A DNA stretch of 30,685 nucleotides from a bacterium (GCA_046756745.1 JBHHWX010000008.1:1-30685), one strand, 5' to 3'. Counted from the first letter of the stretch, positions 1 through 10,030 are shown. The notes: generated by a model not told the origin, from the letters alone. Numbers and translations are program-made.

Positions 1-246
1 AAATGAGCACCGTATCCGACAAGCAGTGCGTGGTTTAAAACGATTGTTTGGTTGAATGTTTTCTATTCATAAGCAAAATCACAGAGAGTGAACGAATCCG
101 GAAGGAGAGAAAATGATGTCCGCACAGGAAACTCAATATCGATTTTTCCCCTAATTTTTTACTTTACCAAACTTTTACTCTTGGGGGAGTTACTTGACAA
201 TTCCAAGGTTATAATGCCCTGGTCTTGAATAAATTAACGGGGAAAC

Positions 247-3200
247 ATGCAAAATTTCCATACGCCACTTTTCAATACAAATGAATTTCATGATGCCTGT
301 GGAACGGGTTTTATCGCCGAACTATCCGGCCAGCCGAGTCGGCGTATCGTAACGTTGGCGATCCAGGCACTCAAACAATTGTCGCACCGCGGCGCCAGAG
401 GCGCAGACACAAAAACAGGCGACGGTGCCGGGATTCTGACCGATATTCCACAAGATTTTTTCAGACGGCTCATTCATGAAAAGTTACAAGTTGCATTGAC
501 TGATAATGAAGTTTTGGCCGTTGCGATGGTTTTCACAATTTCGACAGAACGTCAAAAAGCGGAAAATGCTTTCCGAAGATTCACCTCCAAGTTTGGCATG
601 AAATATGTCGGCCAGCGCGATGTTCCAACAAATCCGGAAGCGTTGGGACACACTGCTAATGCAATCTGCCCTCTCATTATTCAGTATTTCATTGCGGTTC
701 CAAAAGATAGCAAACGACCGGTAGCGGCTCAATTGTACTTCCTGCGCCGGGCTATCGAAAAGGATTTGTTCATAAAGAAGTCCAAAACGTTTATTTGTTC
801 GCTTTCTTGCAAAACGATCGTTTATAAAGGTTTGATGACATCGAGTCAAATCGATCATTTTTATTTGGATCTCATCGAGCCGGAGTATATCGCTAAAGTA
901 GCTCTTTTCCATGAGCGCTTCTCCACCAATACGAATCCTGTCTGGTCTATGGCGCAACCGTTCCGGTTTATTGCCCATAACGGTGAAATCAATACGCTTA
1001 AGGGGAATCGCTTGTGGATGCAATCGCGTGAAACCGAGCTGCGATCCGAGTTTTGGGGAGATGATCTTGAAGCGCTAAAACCGATTGTTGCAAACAAAGG
1101 CAGCGATTCGTTCAGTTTGGACAATGCCCTGGAATTTTTGACTCACAGCGGTCGCGGCCTCTTTCACAGTTTGATGATGTTAATCCCGGAACCCTATGCA
1201 AATGATATTAAGATGTCCCAGGCTCTAAAAGATTTTTATATCTACCATGAAAATTACCTCGAGCCCTGGGATGGTCCTGCTGCTTTGGTTTATACAGACG
1301 GGGATTTTGTCGGAGCCAAATTGGACCGCAATGGCTTACGGCCGCTGCGTTACACGATTACCAAGGACGGACTGGTTATCATGGCTTCGGAAGCAGGGGT
1401 GGTTGAAGTAGCTGAAGAAAATCTCGTTTTGCATCACCATATGACCTCGGGAGAAATATTCGCCATATCTCTGGATGGCAGCGGGATGTTAGATGATGAG
1501 CAAATCAAAAAACAAGTCGCCGAATCAGCGCCTTATTCAGAACTGATCAGCCGTAATTTTAAAGTCCTGAACCGCGGCAATGACTGGCAAGAGTTCGGAG
1601 AGTTTTGGTTGCCGGAGAATGGTTTTGATCAGCGTTTGCGTCTGGCGCTGGGCTGGAGCGAAGAAGATCTCTCCCGTTTCCTGATTCCCATGGCCAAAAG
1701 CGGCCGGGAACCAATGGGATCCATGGGAGATGACACGCCTTTGGCAATTTTATCCAAACAGCGGCGCCGATTGTACGATTATTTCAAACAATACTTTGCT
1801 CAGGTCACCAACCCGCCGATAGACCCGATCCGCGAAAGCTTTGTTACGGCCTTGTTTAAATACTTAGGCAGTGAAGAAAACCTGCTCTCGTCGGAGCCGC
1901 GTTTTAACGGGGCAATACGTATAGAAAGTCCCATCCTTTCGCCGCGAGAATACCGCCTGCTGACAGAGAATCACGATTGGTTTCCGCATGCGAAAATACA
2001 TTGCCATTTGCCGGTTGATATGGATTTTGAAGCTCGCCTCCAAGAGCTGACACAAGCGAGTGAACAGGTGGTGCATGATGGCAATAAAATCCTCTTTTTA
2101 AGTGATGAAGGTTTACAAGAGAATGTACTGCCGATCCCTATGGCGCTCATGGTGTCAGCGATTCATCATCATCTGAGCCGAAAAAGGATTCGTAGTAAAG
2201 TCTCTTTGATTTGTTTAACAGGCGACGTGGTTGCAGATCATCATGTCGCCTGCTTGATCGGGATGGGCGCCAGCGCGGTCTATCCATATATGGCTTATGA
2301 ATTGATTCGAGAACATTTTGCCGACGGAGATTGGCCGAACCACATGAGCAATTATCGCTATTCGCTGGAAAAAGGACTGCTAAAAATAATGTCCAAAATG
2401 GGTATTTCGACCCTTACCAGTTATCATGGCAGTATGCTGTTCCATGGGCTTGGCCTTTCTCATGAGTTGCTGCAAAAATATTTCCCATCCATCAAATGTG
2501 TCATCGGCGGCCTCGGTTTAGCTCAAATACGCCTACAGCTTATCGATAGAAATTCTCATGCTTTTCGCCAGGAAAACCCGTCTCTTGAAAAGAAAGGCTT
2601 TTTCAAGTTTCGTAAAGATGGCGAAGCCCATGGTTTTGCGCCATCCTATTTTAAGCAGATCCAAAAAATGGCAGCCGGAAACGGGATAAAGACAGCTAAT
2701 AACGAAAAACTGGTATATTTGCGGGACTTATTGGATTATAAAAAAGGACAGGCGGTTCCATTGGAGCAGGTTGAAGAGTTATCTGAAATTTTGAAGCGCT
2801 TCGGCAGCGGAGGTATTTCATTTGGGGCCATTTCAGATGAATCACACCGCGTCTTAGCCCGAGGGATGCATCAGCTTTCCGCGCGCAGCAACACCGGCGA
2901 GGGAGGGGAACCGCAGGACCGTTTTGCGGCAGGCAATCCGGATAAGTCGGCCAATTCCTATGTGAAACAGGTAGCCAGCGGCCGGTTTGGGGTAACCGTC
3001 GATTACTTGGCCGCGGCGCGCGAAATACAGATTAAGATGGCGCAGGGCGCCAAGCCGGGCGAAGGCGGTCAGTTGCCGGGCCACAAAGTGTCGGTGGAGA
3101 TTGCCAACGCGCGTTCTTCCACACCCGGGGTGCCGCTCATTTCGCCGCCGCCCCATCACGACATCTACAGCATCGAGGATATTGCCCAACTTATTTATGA

Positions 3201-4710
3201 CTTAAAACAGGTCAATCCCAGGGCAAAAGTATCCGTGAAGCTCGTCGCCCAACCGGGTGTCGGCACCGTGGCTTCAGGTGTGGCCAAGGCTGGTGCGGAC
3301 GTTATCCTCATCAGCGGCGCAGATGGCGGAACTGGGGCCAGCCCACTGGGTTCACTTAAACATGCCGGCCTGCCCTGGGAGCTTGGGCTGCCCGAAACCC
3401 ACCAGGCGCTCGTTGCCAATGGCCTGCGTTCTCGTGTTACCCTGCGCGTAGATGGCGGGCTCAAAGACGCGCGCGACATTATTATTGCAGCCCTGCTTGG
3501 CGCTGAAGAATTCGATTTTGGCACGTCTCTTCTGGTCGCGGTCGGTTGTGTGATGGCGCGTCAGTGCCATTTGAATACCTGTCCCGCTGGAATTGCCACT
3601 CAAGATGAAAAATTGCAGAGAAGGTTTAAAGGCAAGCCGGAGCAGGTGGTAAACTATCTAACTTCTGTTGGCGAGCAGGTACAAAGACAGCTCAGTGAAA
3701 TGGGTTTCTATGGTCTCGCCGACATTGTCGGTCGGACTGATTTACTTTCCATTAAGGGAGATTTGCGTGATTATGTTGCTGAGAAAGGACTCGATCTGTC
3801 GGCGATTTTGAATCCGGAAGCAAAACGCGGCCTGCCTCTGGAGAGCCAGGTTAAATACCAACAGACAGCGGTCCGTAAGAACCGGCATTTAGATGAATTG
3901 GTGATGGAAGAAACACGGCCGGCCATGATGACCCACGGCCAGGCAGTTGTCAATAAGACCGTCAGAAATACCGATCGGTCTATTGGAACCAGACTTTCCG
4001 GAGAACTGGCGTTTTTATACGGCCGGGGGAATTTTAACGGTTCTATTCAATACCGTTTAACCGGTACAGCCGGACAAAGCTTCGGAGCCTTTCTTATTGA
4101 TGGGGTTGAACTGCGTTTGCAAGGCGTTGCCAACGATTATGTGGGCAAAGGTATGAGCGGTGGCTTGATAACCATTCGGCTGCCTAAAGAAATTCGCGCT
4201 CAGCAGAAGACCCAGACCGTGATCGGGAATGTTGCTTTATACGGTGCGACAGGCGGCACGTTGCTGGTGGCCGGTCGGTCTGGTGAACGATTTGCCGTAC
4301 GTAACAGCGGCGCTTCCGCTGTCGTTGAAGGTGTGGGCAATCATGGCTGTGAATACATGACTCGTGGCACTGTTGTGGTGTTGGGGGAATTCGGACAGAA
4401 TTTTGGCGCCGGAATGACCGGAGGCGTGGCCTATATTTACTGTCTTGCGGAGGATTGTCTGGATAACCTGAACACAGATTTCGTGCGTACTGATTCGCTC
4501 GCAGCGGCCGATGAAGGGCTGGTGCGTAATCTTTTACGACAGCATCATTTTCGCACCGGCTCTATCGTAGCCGATTATATCCTAAAAGACTGGAACGAAG
4601 AAAAAAACCGCTTTGTTAAAACGATCCCTAAAGCACTCGACATAATCGATTTTAAAAAAGTCTATGATCAGCAGGTGGCGTTGCGCCTGGGTGTGGTCTT
4701 GAACGAGTAA
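247..4710 (+). CDS. gltB: Glutamate synthase large subunit (GOGAT, 1487 aa)
   Basis: N-terminal class-II amidotransferase start with catalytic Cys ('FHDACGTGFIAE'). Central FMN/Fe-S TIM-barrel region ('GGISFGAISDESH', 'CHLNTCPAGIATQ'). C-terminal GXGXG beta-helix region. Length typical of GltB. Whether it is NADPH- or ferredoxin-dependent cannot be decided from sequence alone, and no small subunit lies adjacent. Confidence 0.9.
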   Translation: MQNFHTPLFNTNEFHDACGTGFIAELSGQPSRRIVTLAIQALKQLSHRGARGADTKTGDGAGILTDIPQDFFRRLIHEKLQVALTDNEVLAVAMVFTISTERQKAENAFRRFTSKFGMKYVGQRDVPTNPEALGHTANAICPLIIQYFIAVPKDSKRPVAAQLYFLRRAIEKDLFIKKSKTFICSLSCKTIVYKGLMTSSQIDHFYLDLIEPEYIAKVALFHERFSTNTNPVWSMAQPFRFIAHNGEINTLKGNRLWMQSRETELRSEFWGDDLEALKPIVANKGSDSFSLDNALEFLTHSGRGLFHSLMMLIPEPYANDIKMSQALKDFYIYHENYLEPWDGPAALVYTDGDFVGAKLDRNGLRPLRYTITKDGLVIMASEAGVVEVAEENLVLHHHMTSGEIFAISLDGSGMLDDEQIKKQVAESAPYSELISRNFKVLNRGNDWQEFGEFWLPENGFDQRLRLALGWSEEDLSRFLIPMAKSGREPMGSMGDDTPLAILSKQRRRLYDYFKQYFAQVTNPPIDPIRESFVTALFKYLGSEENLLSSEPRFNGAIRIESPILSPREYRLLTENHDWFPHAKIHCHLPVDMDFEARLQELTQASEQVVHDGNKILFLSDEGLQENVLPIPMALMVSAIHHHLSRKRIRSKVSLICLTGDVVADHHVACLIGMGASAVYPYMAYELIREHFADGDWPNHMSNYRYSLEKGLLKIMSKMGISTLTSYHGSMLFHGLGLSHELLQKYFPSIKCVIGGLGLAQIRLQLIDRNSHAFRQENPSLEKKGFFKFRKDGEAHGFAPSYFKQIQKMAAGNGIKTANNEKLVYLRDLLDYKKGQAVPLEQVEELSEILKRFGSGGISFGAISDESHRVLARGMHQLSARSNTGEGGEPQDRFAAGNPDKSANSYVKQVASGRFGVTVDYLAAAREIQIKMAQGAKPGEGGQLPGHKVSVEIANARSSTPGVPLISPPPHHDIYSIEDIAQLIYDLKQVNPRAKVSVKLVAQPGVGTVASGVAKAGADVILISGADGGTGASPLGSLKHAGLPWELGLPETHQALVANGLRSRVTLRVDGGLKDARDIIIAALLGAEEFDFGTSLLVAVGCVMARQCHLNTCPAGIATQDEKLQRRFKGKPEQVVNYLTSVGEQVQRQLSEMGFYGLADIVGRTDLLSIKGDLRDYVAEKGLDLSAILNPEAKRGLPLESQVKYQQTAVRKNRHLDELVMEETRPAMMTHGQAVVNKTVRNTDRSIGTRLSGELAFLYGRGNFNGSIQYRLTGTAGQSFGAFLIDGVELRLQGVANDYVGKGMSGGLITIRLPKEIRAQQKTQTVIGNVALYGATGGTLLVAGRSGERFAVRNSGASAVVEGVGNHGCEYMTRGTVVVLGEFGQNFGAGMTGGVAYIYCLAEDCLDNLNTDFVRTDSLAAADEGLVRNLLRQHHFRTGSIVADYILKDWNEEKNRFVKTIPKALDIIDFKKVYDQQVALRLGVVLNE

Positions 4711-5005
4711 AAACTGTATGCGATAATTAAAAAGGCACTCCAATGAATGCGGAAAGATTGGCAGGGAGCGACAAGTCGAACGCTGCCAAGAATATGACGT
4801 TTTGAGTCAAGAAATCAGAGCAGAAGGTGATAGTTCGTCTCGACGTCTATGAAGCGCGAAGCAGTCAGGATTATGTTTTCACTCAAAATAACTGCACAAA
4901 TCCCTTGATTTTTTTAAAGTTGTTTGCAACATTTCTATAGGGCCTTTCTTAGGGCAAATCCACACTGTTTGTTAGACTCACAGATATTGAACCGGAGGGA
5001 TCTTT

Positions 5006-5866
5006 ATGGATGGAATCACAATTTTTTCAATTTTCTTTGCACTCTTCATTGTGGTAATCGTTGCTTTAGGCGTCCGCATTGTGCCGCAGGGAAGCAAACA
5101 ATTTGTTGAAAGACTTGGTAAGTATCGCACGACGCTTATGCCGGGGATGAATGTAATCATTCCGCTAATCGACTCTGTTGTCCAAGAAGTGACCTCAAAA
5201 GATATTGTTTTGGATATCCCCTCTCAGGAGGTTATCACCAAGGATAATGTCGTCATCGTTGCCAATGCGGTGGCTTATATTAACATTGAGAACCCTGCAA
5301 AATCGGTCTATGGCGTTGAAGATTACAACATCGCCATTCAAAACTTAGTTCAGACGACTCTTCGCTCCATTATTGGAGAAATGGATCTCGATGATGCGCT
5401 GTCGTCGCGCGAAGTGATCAAAGCGAAATTACGCGCTGGAATTTCCGATGACATTAGAACCGACTGGGGGGTGGCGTTAAAAACCGTAGAAATTCAGGAC
5501 ATCAATCCCTCTGAAACCATGCAAAAAGCCATGGAAGAGCAAGCCGCTGCTGAAAGGGCGCGCCGGGCGGCGGTTTCGCGCGCTGAAGGCGAAAAAAGCG
5601 CCGCCATTCTCGAGGCCGACGGCCGGCTGGAAGCTTCCAAACGGGATGCGCACGCAGCGATTGTTCTGGCTGAAGCGAACCAGCGCGCTATTCAAAAAAT
5701 ATCTGAGGCCGTTCCGGCTCACGAGTCGCCGATCATGTTTATACTCGGCGAGAAGTATATCGAAGCGATGAAAAAAGTGGCGAATTCACAAAACACCAAG
5801 GTGGTGATTTTGCCCGCCGATATCCCGGCGGCAGTCAAAGGAATCATGAGCACCCTGGGCAAGTAG
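5006..5866 (+). CDS. SPFH/band-7 (stomatin/prohibitin-like) membrane protein
   Basis: N-terminal transmembrane helix followed by 'RIVPQGSKQFVERLGKY...' and a coiled-coil Ala/Glu/Arg-rich C-terminus ('EEQAAAERARRAAVSRAEGEKSAAILEA'), typical of SPFH proteins such as QmcA/YqiK. No NfeD partner gene follows. Confidence 0.8.
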   Translation: MDGITIFSIFFALFIVVIVALGVRIVPQGSKQFVERLGKYRTTLMPGMNVIIPLIDSVVQEVTSKDIVLDIPSQEVITKDNVVIVANAVAYINIENPAKSVYGVEDYNIAIQNLVQTTLRSIIGEMDLDDALSSREVIKAKLRAGISDDIRTDWGVALKTVEIQDINPSETMQKAMEEQAAAERARRAAVSRAEGEKSAAILEADGRLEASKRDAHAAIVLAEANQRAIQKISEAVPAHESPIMFILGEKYIEAMKKVANSQNTKVVILPADIPAAVKGIMSTLGK

Positions 5867-6062
5867 GGTACGTGGCTCAGGAGAGATAAAACAAAATCTA
5901 TCATCTCCCGATTGCCTATGGCGTCATTCATGGCACATGAGAATGACCTAATGACGCTGACAGGTAAATGACGCTGAAAGCATATGACAGACACTTGCGT
6001 TGTCATTTCGCTTCGCTGTCATTTGCTGAAAAACGTGCTCTGTTTGTCGAAGATCCCGAGTT

Positions 6063-6140
6063 TTACTTTTCGGGGTAAACCGGAGTTAAAGTAAAAATAA
6101 GAAAAACAAAGAAAACGAAAAATTCCGGGATACGTTTCAT
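6063..6140 (-). CDS. Possible small hydrophobic peptide (25 aa, 'MKRIPEFFVFFVFLIFTLTPVYPEK')
   Basis: ATG preceded by GGAG 8 nt upstream on the minus strand. Single hydrophobic helix. Not in the ORF track because it is under 60 aa. Weak on its own. Confidence 0.2.
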   Translation of the reverse strand: MKRIPEFFVFFVFLIFTLTPVYPEK

Positions 6141-6270
6141 GGTTTTGACTCCTTTCCTAATGTGATTTACAATAATTTGCTAAACTGTTCCAAACAACCT
6201 ATCCAACCTTGATTGTGTTTGTCCCGTTGTTCCTGGTTTGGAAATCTTTCATGTTTTAGCTCAACTTCCG

Positions 6271-6588
6271 TTAATTCGCCTTTTCAAGAGAATCGAACTG
6301 CCCCTCCCAAAATTTTTTGTATGTGGTGAGCCAATCCACTGCTTCTTTCAACGGCTCCGCAAGAAGACGACAACGGTTCACCCGGCCCTCTTTCTGGCGA
6401 ATGATCAGTCTGGCGTTCTCCAGAATACCGAGATGTTTCGAAATGGCCGGCAACGACATGTTGAACGGCTTCGCCAGTTCGGAAACGGTAGAATCCCCTT
6501 CTGAAAGAGTAGTGAGAATAGCCCGACGGGTCGAGTCCGCTAGAGCCATAAAAATGGTATCCAGAGAGTGGGTATAATACTTAACCAT
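6271..6588 (-). CDS. ArsR/SmtB-family winged-helix transcriptional regulator
   Basis: 'LADSTRRAILTTLSEGDSTVSELAKPFNMSLPAISKHLGILENARLIIRQKEGRVNRC' matches the ArsR HTH core. The start is chosen at MVKYY (6588); the track ORF extends to 6651 and an alternative start at MALADS (6549) is possible. Confidence 0.8.
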   Translation of the reverse strand: MVKYYTHSLDTIFMALADSTRRAILTTLSEGDSTVSELAKPFNMSLPAISKHLGILENARLIIRQKEGRVNRCRLLAEPLKEAVDWLTTYKKFWEGQFDSLEKAN

Positions 6589-6902
6589 ACGGTTAAAGAT
6601 ACTACCTTCAAGATTTAATGTCAATAAAAATTTTGAACTCCGCCGGGTCAAGTTATAAAAATATAATCCGTTGGGTTGTTTCTATCCGTTGGAGACCTAT
6701 TGGATTGCGGTTCATCCGCGTTAGGAGAAAAGCGATGCGGCTTTCTAAAATCCCCATCCCACAGAAATATCTTGTGGCTGTGCCTAACTTATAGTATATT
6801 AAAATCGTGGAATTATTTTTCGAGACAGCGGATATTTCTGAGATGAAACAGCGACTTCGTAAATACGCACGTTTAAAAGACAGCGAATAGAGGTTCGCCC
6901 GA

Positions 6903-7325
6903 ATGGCGAACTCTAATAAGAAGAAAGGGATATATTTTATGGGATTAACAAAGGTAACAACAAAACTGGTAAACTTTCAGAACCCCCAAAAAAGCTACGA
7001 GGAGATCTTTTTAGTTGATACAGGCGCCACTGATTCGATGGCCCCAGCAGATCAATTGGAAAAGATCGGCATTAAAAAAGAAGGCAAAATGTCCTATGAG
7101 CTCGCGGACGGTACCGTTAAGGAATATTTTTATGGTCTGGTACGCATCGAATTTATGGGAGAGATTACAGCAGGGCGAATCATTTTTGGAGAACAGAATT
7201 CAGAACCTCTCTTAGGCGTCACGGCTCTCGAGTCCGTTGGGATTATGGTTGACCCCGCAAATAAAACACTCCAAAGACTTCCCGCAATCCCGTTAAAATC
7301 GAGCGCTCGAACTTCACACATTTAA
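6903..7325 (+). CDS. Retropepsin-like (clan AA) aspartic protease domain protein
   Basis: Catalytic-loop motif 'LVDTGATDSM' (D-T-G-A). Roughly 130-140 aa single-domain size typical of bacterial retropepsin-like proteins. GGAG-like 'agagg' 10 nt upstream of the ATG. Divergent from the ArsR gene. Confidence 0.65.
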   Translation: MANSNKKKGIYFMGLTKVTTKLVNFQNPQKSYEEIFLVDTGATDSMAPADQLEKIGIKKEGKMSYELADGTVKEYFYGLVRIEFMGEITAGRIIFGEQNSEPLLGVTALESVGIMVDPANKTLQRLPAIPLKSSARTSHI

Positions 7326-7350
7326 ACATCAAAAAAATTAAAGGATCCCT

Positions 7351-8526
7351 ATGAAAAATAAATCTCTTTTTTCCATCAACCTGTTTTGTTTGTGTCTGCT
7401 TTTCAATTTCAGTTTCGGTTGCAAATCGGAAAAAAAGGAAGTCGCCGTAGCAAACAATCCTATGAACGTGGACCCAAATGAATATTTGTCTAAAATTAAG
7501 CTGCCGCCCGGGTTCAAAATTTCTATGTACGCCGAGAATGTTGAAGGCGCCAGGTCTTTGGCGCTGAGTCCCAACGGAACGCTGTTTGTCGGAACGTTTC
7601 AGCAGCGGGGCAAAGCCCCCGGTAAAGTGTATGCGGTTGTGGACAAGGACCGGGATTTCAAAGCGGACGAGGTGATCACGATTGCAGAAAATCTGAATCT
7701 TCCCAATGGCGTTGCGTTGCGTGACGGCGATCTTTATGTAGCAGAAATCTCCAGAATCCTGCGTTTTGATAACATCGAAGAAAATCTCGTCGATCCTACG
7801 GAACCCGTCGTCATCAACGATACCTATCCTACGGATAAATGGCACGGATGGAAATTTATCCGGTTTGGACCGGATGGGAAATTGTATGTTCCGGTAGGAG
7901 CGCCGTGCAATATCTGCGAGCCGGACGACATATACGCTTCGATTACCAGAATGAACCCTGACGGTTCCGGCCGCGAGATTTATGCCAACGGCATTCGCAA
8001 TACCGTTGGTTTTGATTGGCATCCGGAGACAAAAGAATTGTGGTTTACGGACAACGGCAGAGATGAAATGGGCGACGACATTCCGCCGGAAGAGCTCAAC
8101 CATGCCCCGCAGCCGGGCCTGCATTTTGGCTTCCCGTACCGCTATGGCAAGAAGCTCGTTGATCCTACTTTCAAGACCGACAGGAAAGATGAATACTTTC
8201 AGCCGGCCGCTCTTGAAATGCCGGCACATACCGCTGCGTTGGGTATGCGCTTCTATACGGGACAGTCCTTTCCAACAGAATATCAACACCGGATCTTTAT
8301 CGCACACCACGGCTCCTGGAACCGGACTCAGCCTGACGGCTATCGTGTGTCTGTAGTCACGCTGCGAGGCAATCAAGCGGTGCGTTATGAGAATTTTGCA
8401 ACCGGCTGGCTGATCGACGATCATTATTGGGGCAGGCCGGTGGACATTGAAATGATGCCGGATGGGTCGTTGCTGGTTTCCGACGATTTCGCCAATTGTA
8501 TTTACCGAATCAGTTTTGAAGGTTAG
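7351..8526 (+). CDS. PQQ-dependent sugar (glucose/sorbosone) dehydrogenase-family beta-propeller lipoprotein
   Basis: Lipoprotein signal with lipobox 'FSFGC'. 'KLPPGFKISMYAENVEGARSLALSPNGTLFVGT' and 'HHGSWNRTQPDGYRV' resemble soluble aldose sugar dehydrogenases (YliI/Asd-like, GSDH family). AAGGA RBS. Starts 26 nt after the retropepsin-like gene, so it is probably co-transcribed. Confidence 0.75.
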   Translation: MKNKSLFSINLFCLCLLFNFSFGCKSEKKEVAVANNPMNVDPNEYLSKIKLPPGFKISMYAENVEGARSLALSPNGTLFVGTFQQRGKAPGKVYAVVDKDRDFKADEVITIAENLNLPNGVALRDGDLYVAEISRILRFDNIEENLVDPTEPVVINDTYPTDKWHGWKFIRFGPDGKLYVPVGAPCNICEPDDIYASITRMNPDGSGREIYANGIRNTVGFDWHPETKELWFTDNGRDEMGDDIPPEELNHAPQPGLHFGFPYRYGKKLVDPTFKTDRKDEYFQPAALEMPAHTAALGMRFYTGQSFPTEYQHRIFIAHHGSWNRTQPDGYRVSVVTLRGNQAVRYENFATGWLIDDHYWGRPVDIEMMPDGSLLVSDDFANCIYRISFEG

Positions 8527-8536
8527 TTTCTAAGCC

Positions 8537-8560
8537 TTTTCGCAGACCTTGCTGCGAAAA
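8537..8560. terminator. Perfect 9-bp hairpin (TTTTCGCAG / CTGCGAAAA, 6-nt loop) after the dehydrogenase gene
   Basis: Read directly. No clean U-tract after either arm, so its terminator function is uncertain. Confidence 0.3.
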
Positions 8561-8791
8561 AGTGGCTGGCACAGCCATGGCGAAAAGGAAATTCGAAATC
8601 CTAAGCACGAAATTCGAAACAAATCCCAAAAAACAAAACAGAAATGACCAAAACGATAAAGGCCGAGATTGTTTTGAACATTTGAATTTTAAGTTTCGGT
8701 ATTGTTTCGGATTTCGATATTCGAATTTAGAATTTAGGCGTTTCAACATATCGATAACAACTTTGTCGATGTGGTGCTGTAAGCGCCAATA

Positions 8792-10030
8792 ATGCAGAGG
8801 CCACGCTTGATGCGCCTGAGACTTCTCATCTTATTTTTCTTGTTGACAACCTATATCATTCCGCTCCGTGCACAAAGAGTTTTTCCTCAAGATCAAGACT
8901 CAACTGCCAGGACAGAGTCGGCGCTCTTTTTCCTGGACGCGGTCATTGTCACCGCTTCTCGCAGCGAGCAGCCGCTTTTGGAAGTGCCACACGCGATCAC
9001 CGTCTTGCTGGACACGGAAATTCAGCGTGCGAAAGCCGGCCTTTCTTTGGAGGAAATCTTACGTGAAACGCCCGGGGTTGTTGTCAACAACCGGCACAAT
9101 CTCTCGCAAGGGGATAGAATCAGTATCCGGGGGATAGGCAGCCGCGCCTCCTTTGGCGTCCGCGGTATCAAAGTTATGCTTGACGGCATCCCCCTGACCA
9201 TGCCGGATGGACAGTCGCAATTGAACAACCTCGACCTAGGCGCTGCCGGAAAGATAGAGGTGCTGAGGGGGCCGAGCTCATCTTTATACGGCAATGCCTC
9301 CGGGGGGCTTATCAAGATACAATCCCACCTGCCGGCAAACAAGCCGGTGTTTCTGCAGCCTCACGTTATCCTCGGCGAACACGGACTGCGGAAATGGCAG
9401 GCCAGACTATCTGGCGGCGCCGAACGACATGGTTATGTTTTCAATACCGGCAGTCTGACTTTCGACGGTTTTCGCGAACATGCAGCGGCTAAAATCAACT
9501 CCTTGAGTGGAATCACCCGGCATAACCTCAACCAACACCTGCGCCTCAATACCGTGTTCTGCTATGTCGACGCGCCGTACCTGTTTAATCCGAGCTCCCT
9601 CTCGAAAGAGGATGCGCGTTCCAGGCCGGAAGACGCGCGTTTTTTCGTGTTATCGCAGGGGGCGAGCAAGCGCGTAGAGCAGGTCCAAGCTGGGGCGACC
9701 GTAACGTTTGAGAAAAAAAAGAGTCGGCTGGAAACCACCATCTACGGCGTGACTCGATCCTTACTCAACCCCATTCCCGGCCGGATCATCGAGCTTGACC
9801 GGAAAGCGGGAGGAGTGCGCACAGTTTTTAACAAGCGATTCGGCGACAATCGCGTCATTCTGTTAACTGTGGGGGGCGATCTGGAAATCCAACACGATGA
9901 GCGTCGTGAATTCGAGAACCGTGGAGTGCCCAGTGAGCTTGTCGGCGCCCTGCACAATAATGATTTACATGATGTACGACGTGCAACCGGTGAATCCCGA
10001 GGATTGGGAGTCGCCGCCTTTTGCTGCTAA
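8792..10030 (+). CDS. TonB-dependent receptor, N-terminal plug plus partial barrel only (truncated at about 412 aa)
   Basis: Signal peptide 'MRLRLLILFFLLTTYIIPLRAQ'. TonB box/plug region ('DAVIVTASRSEQPLLEVPHAITVL', 'RGIGSRASFGVRGIKVMLDGIPL', 'IEVLRGPSSSLYGNASGG'). Full-length receptors are at least 600 aa and this frame stops at 10030 with no C-terminal barrel or terminal aromatic residue. Confidence 0.6.
   Translation: MQRPRLMRLRLLILFFLLTTYIIPLRAQRVFPQDQDSTARTESALFFLDAVIVTASRSEQPLLEVPHAITVLLDTEIQRAKAGLSLEEILRETPGVVVNNRHNLSQGDRISIRGIGSRASFGVRGIKVMLDGIPLTMPDGQSQLNNLDLGAAGKIEVLRGPSSSLYGNASGGLIKIQSHLPANKPVFLQPHVILGEHGLRKWQARLSGGAERHGYVFNTGSLTFDGFREHAAAKINSLSGITRHNLNQHLRLNTVFCYVDAPYLFNPSSLSKEDARSRPEDARFFVLSQGASKRVEQVQAGATVTFEKKKSRLETTIYGVTRSLLNPIPGRIIELDRKAGGVRTVFNKRFGDNRVILLTVGGDLEIQHDERREFENRGVPSELVGALHNNDLHDVRRATGESRGLGVAAFCC

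Noticed and set aside
194-215. TTGACA ... TATAAT pair upstream of gltB
   Set aside because: Both hexamers are perfect but separated by only 10 nt (positions 194-199 and 210-215), so they cannot form a functional sigma70 promoter together. The real gltB promoter cannot be assigned by eye.
484-1124. 179-aa and 87-aa minus-strand ORFs inside gltB, and the many other 60-130-aa ORFs antisense or out of frame within ahcY, metK, ptsI, HlyD, TolC and the permeases
   Set aside because: All are nested in strongly supported genes and lack RBS, motifs or sensible composition. They are shadow frames.
7243-8424. 393-aa minus-strand ORF opposite the PQQ-dehydrogenase gene
   Set aside because: No recognisable motifs and a low-complexity, Arg-rich translation. 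It lies entirely antisense to a well-supported CDS, so it is a typical shadow ORF.
8562-8792. 76-aa ORF in the gap upstream of the TonB-dependent receptor, overlapping repeated GAAATTCGAAA(T/C) motifs
   Set aside because: The ORF translation is low-complexity and driven by the repeats. The repeats (8588, 8611, 8716) are probably promoter or operator elements for the receptor gene, but I could not match them to a known box such as Fur.
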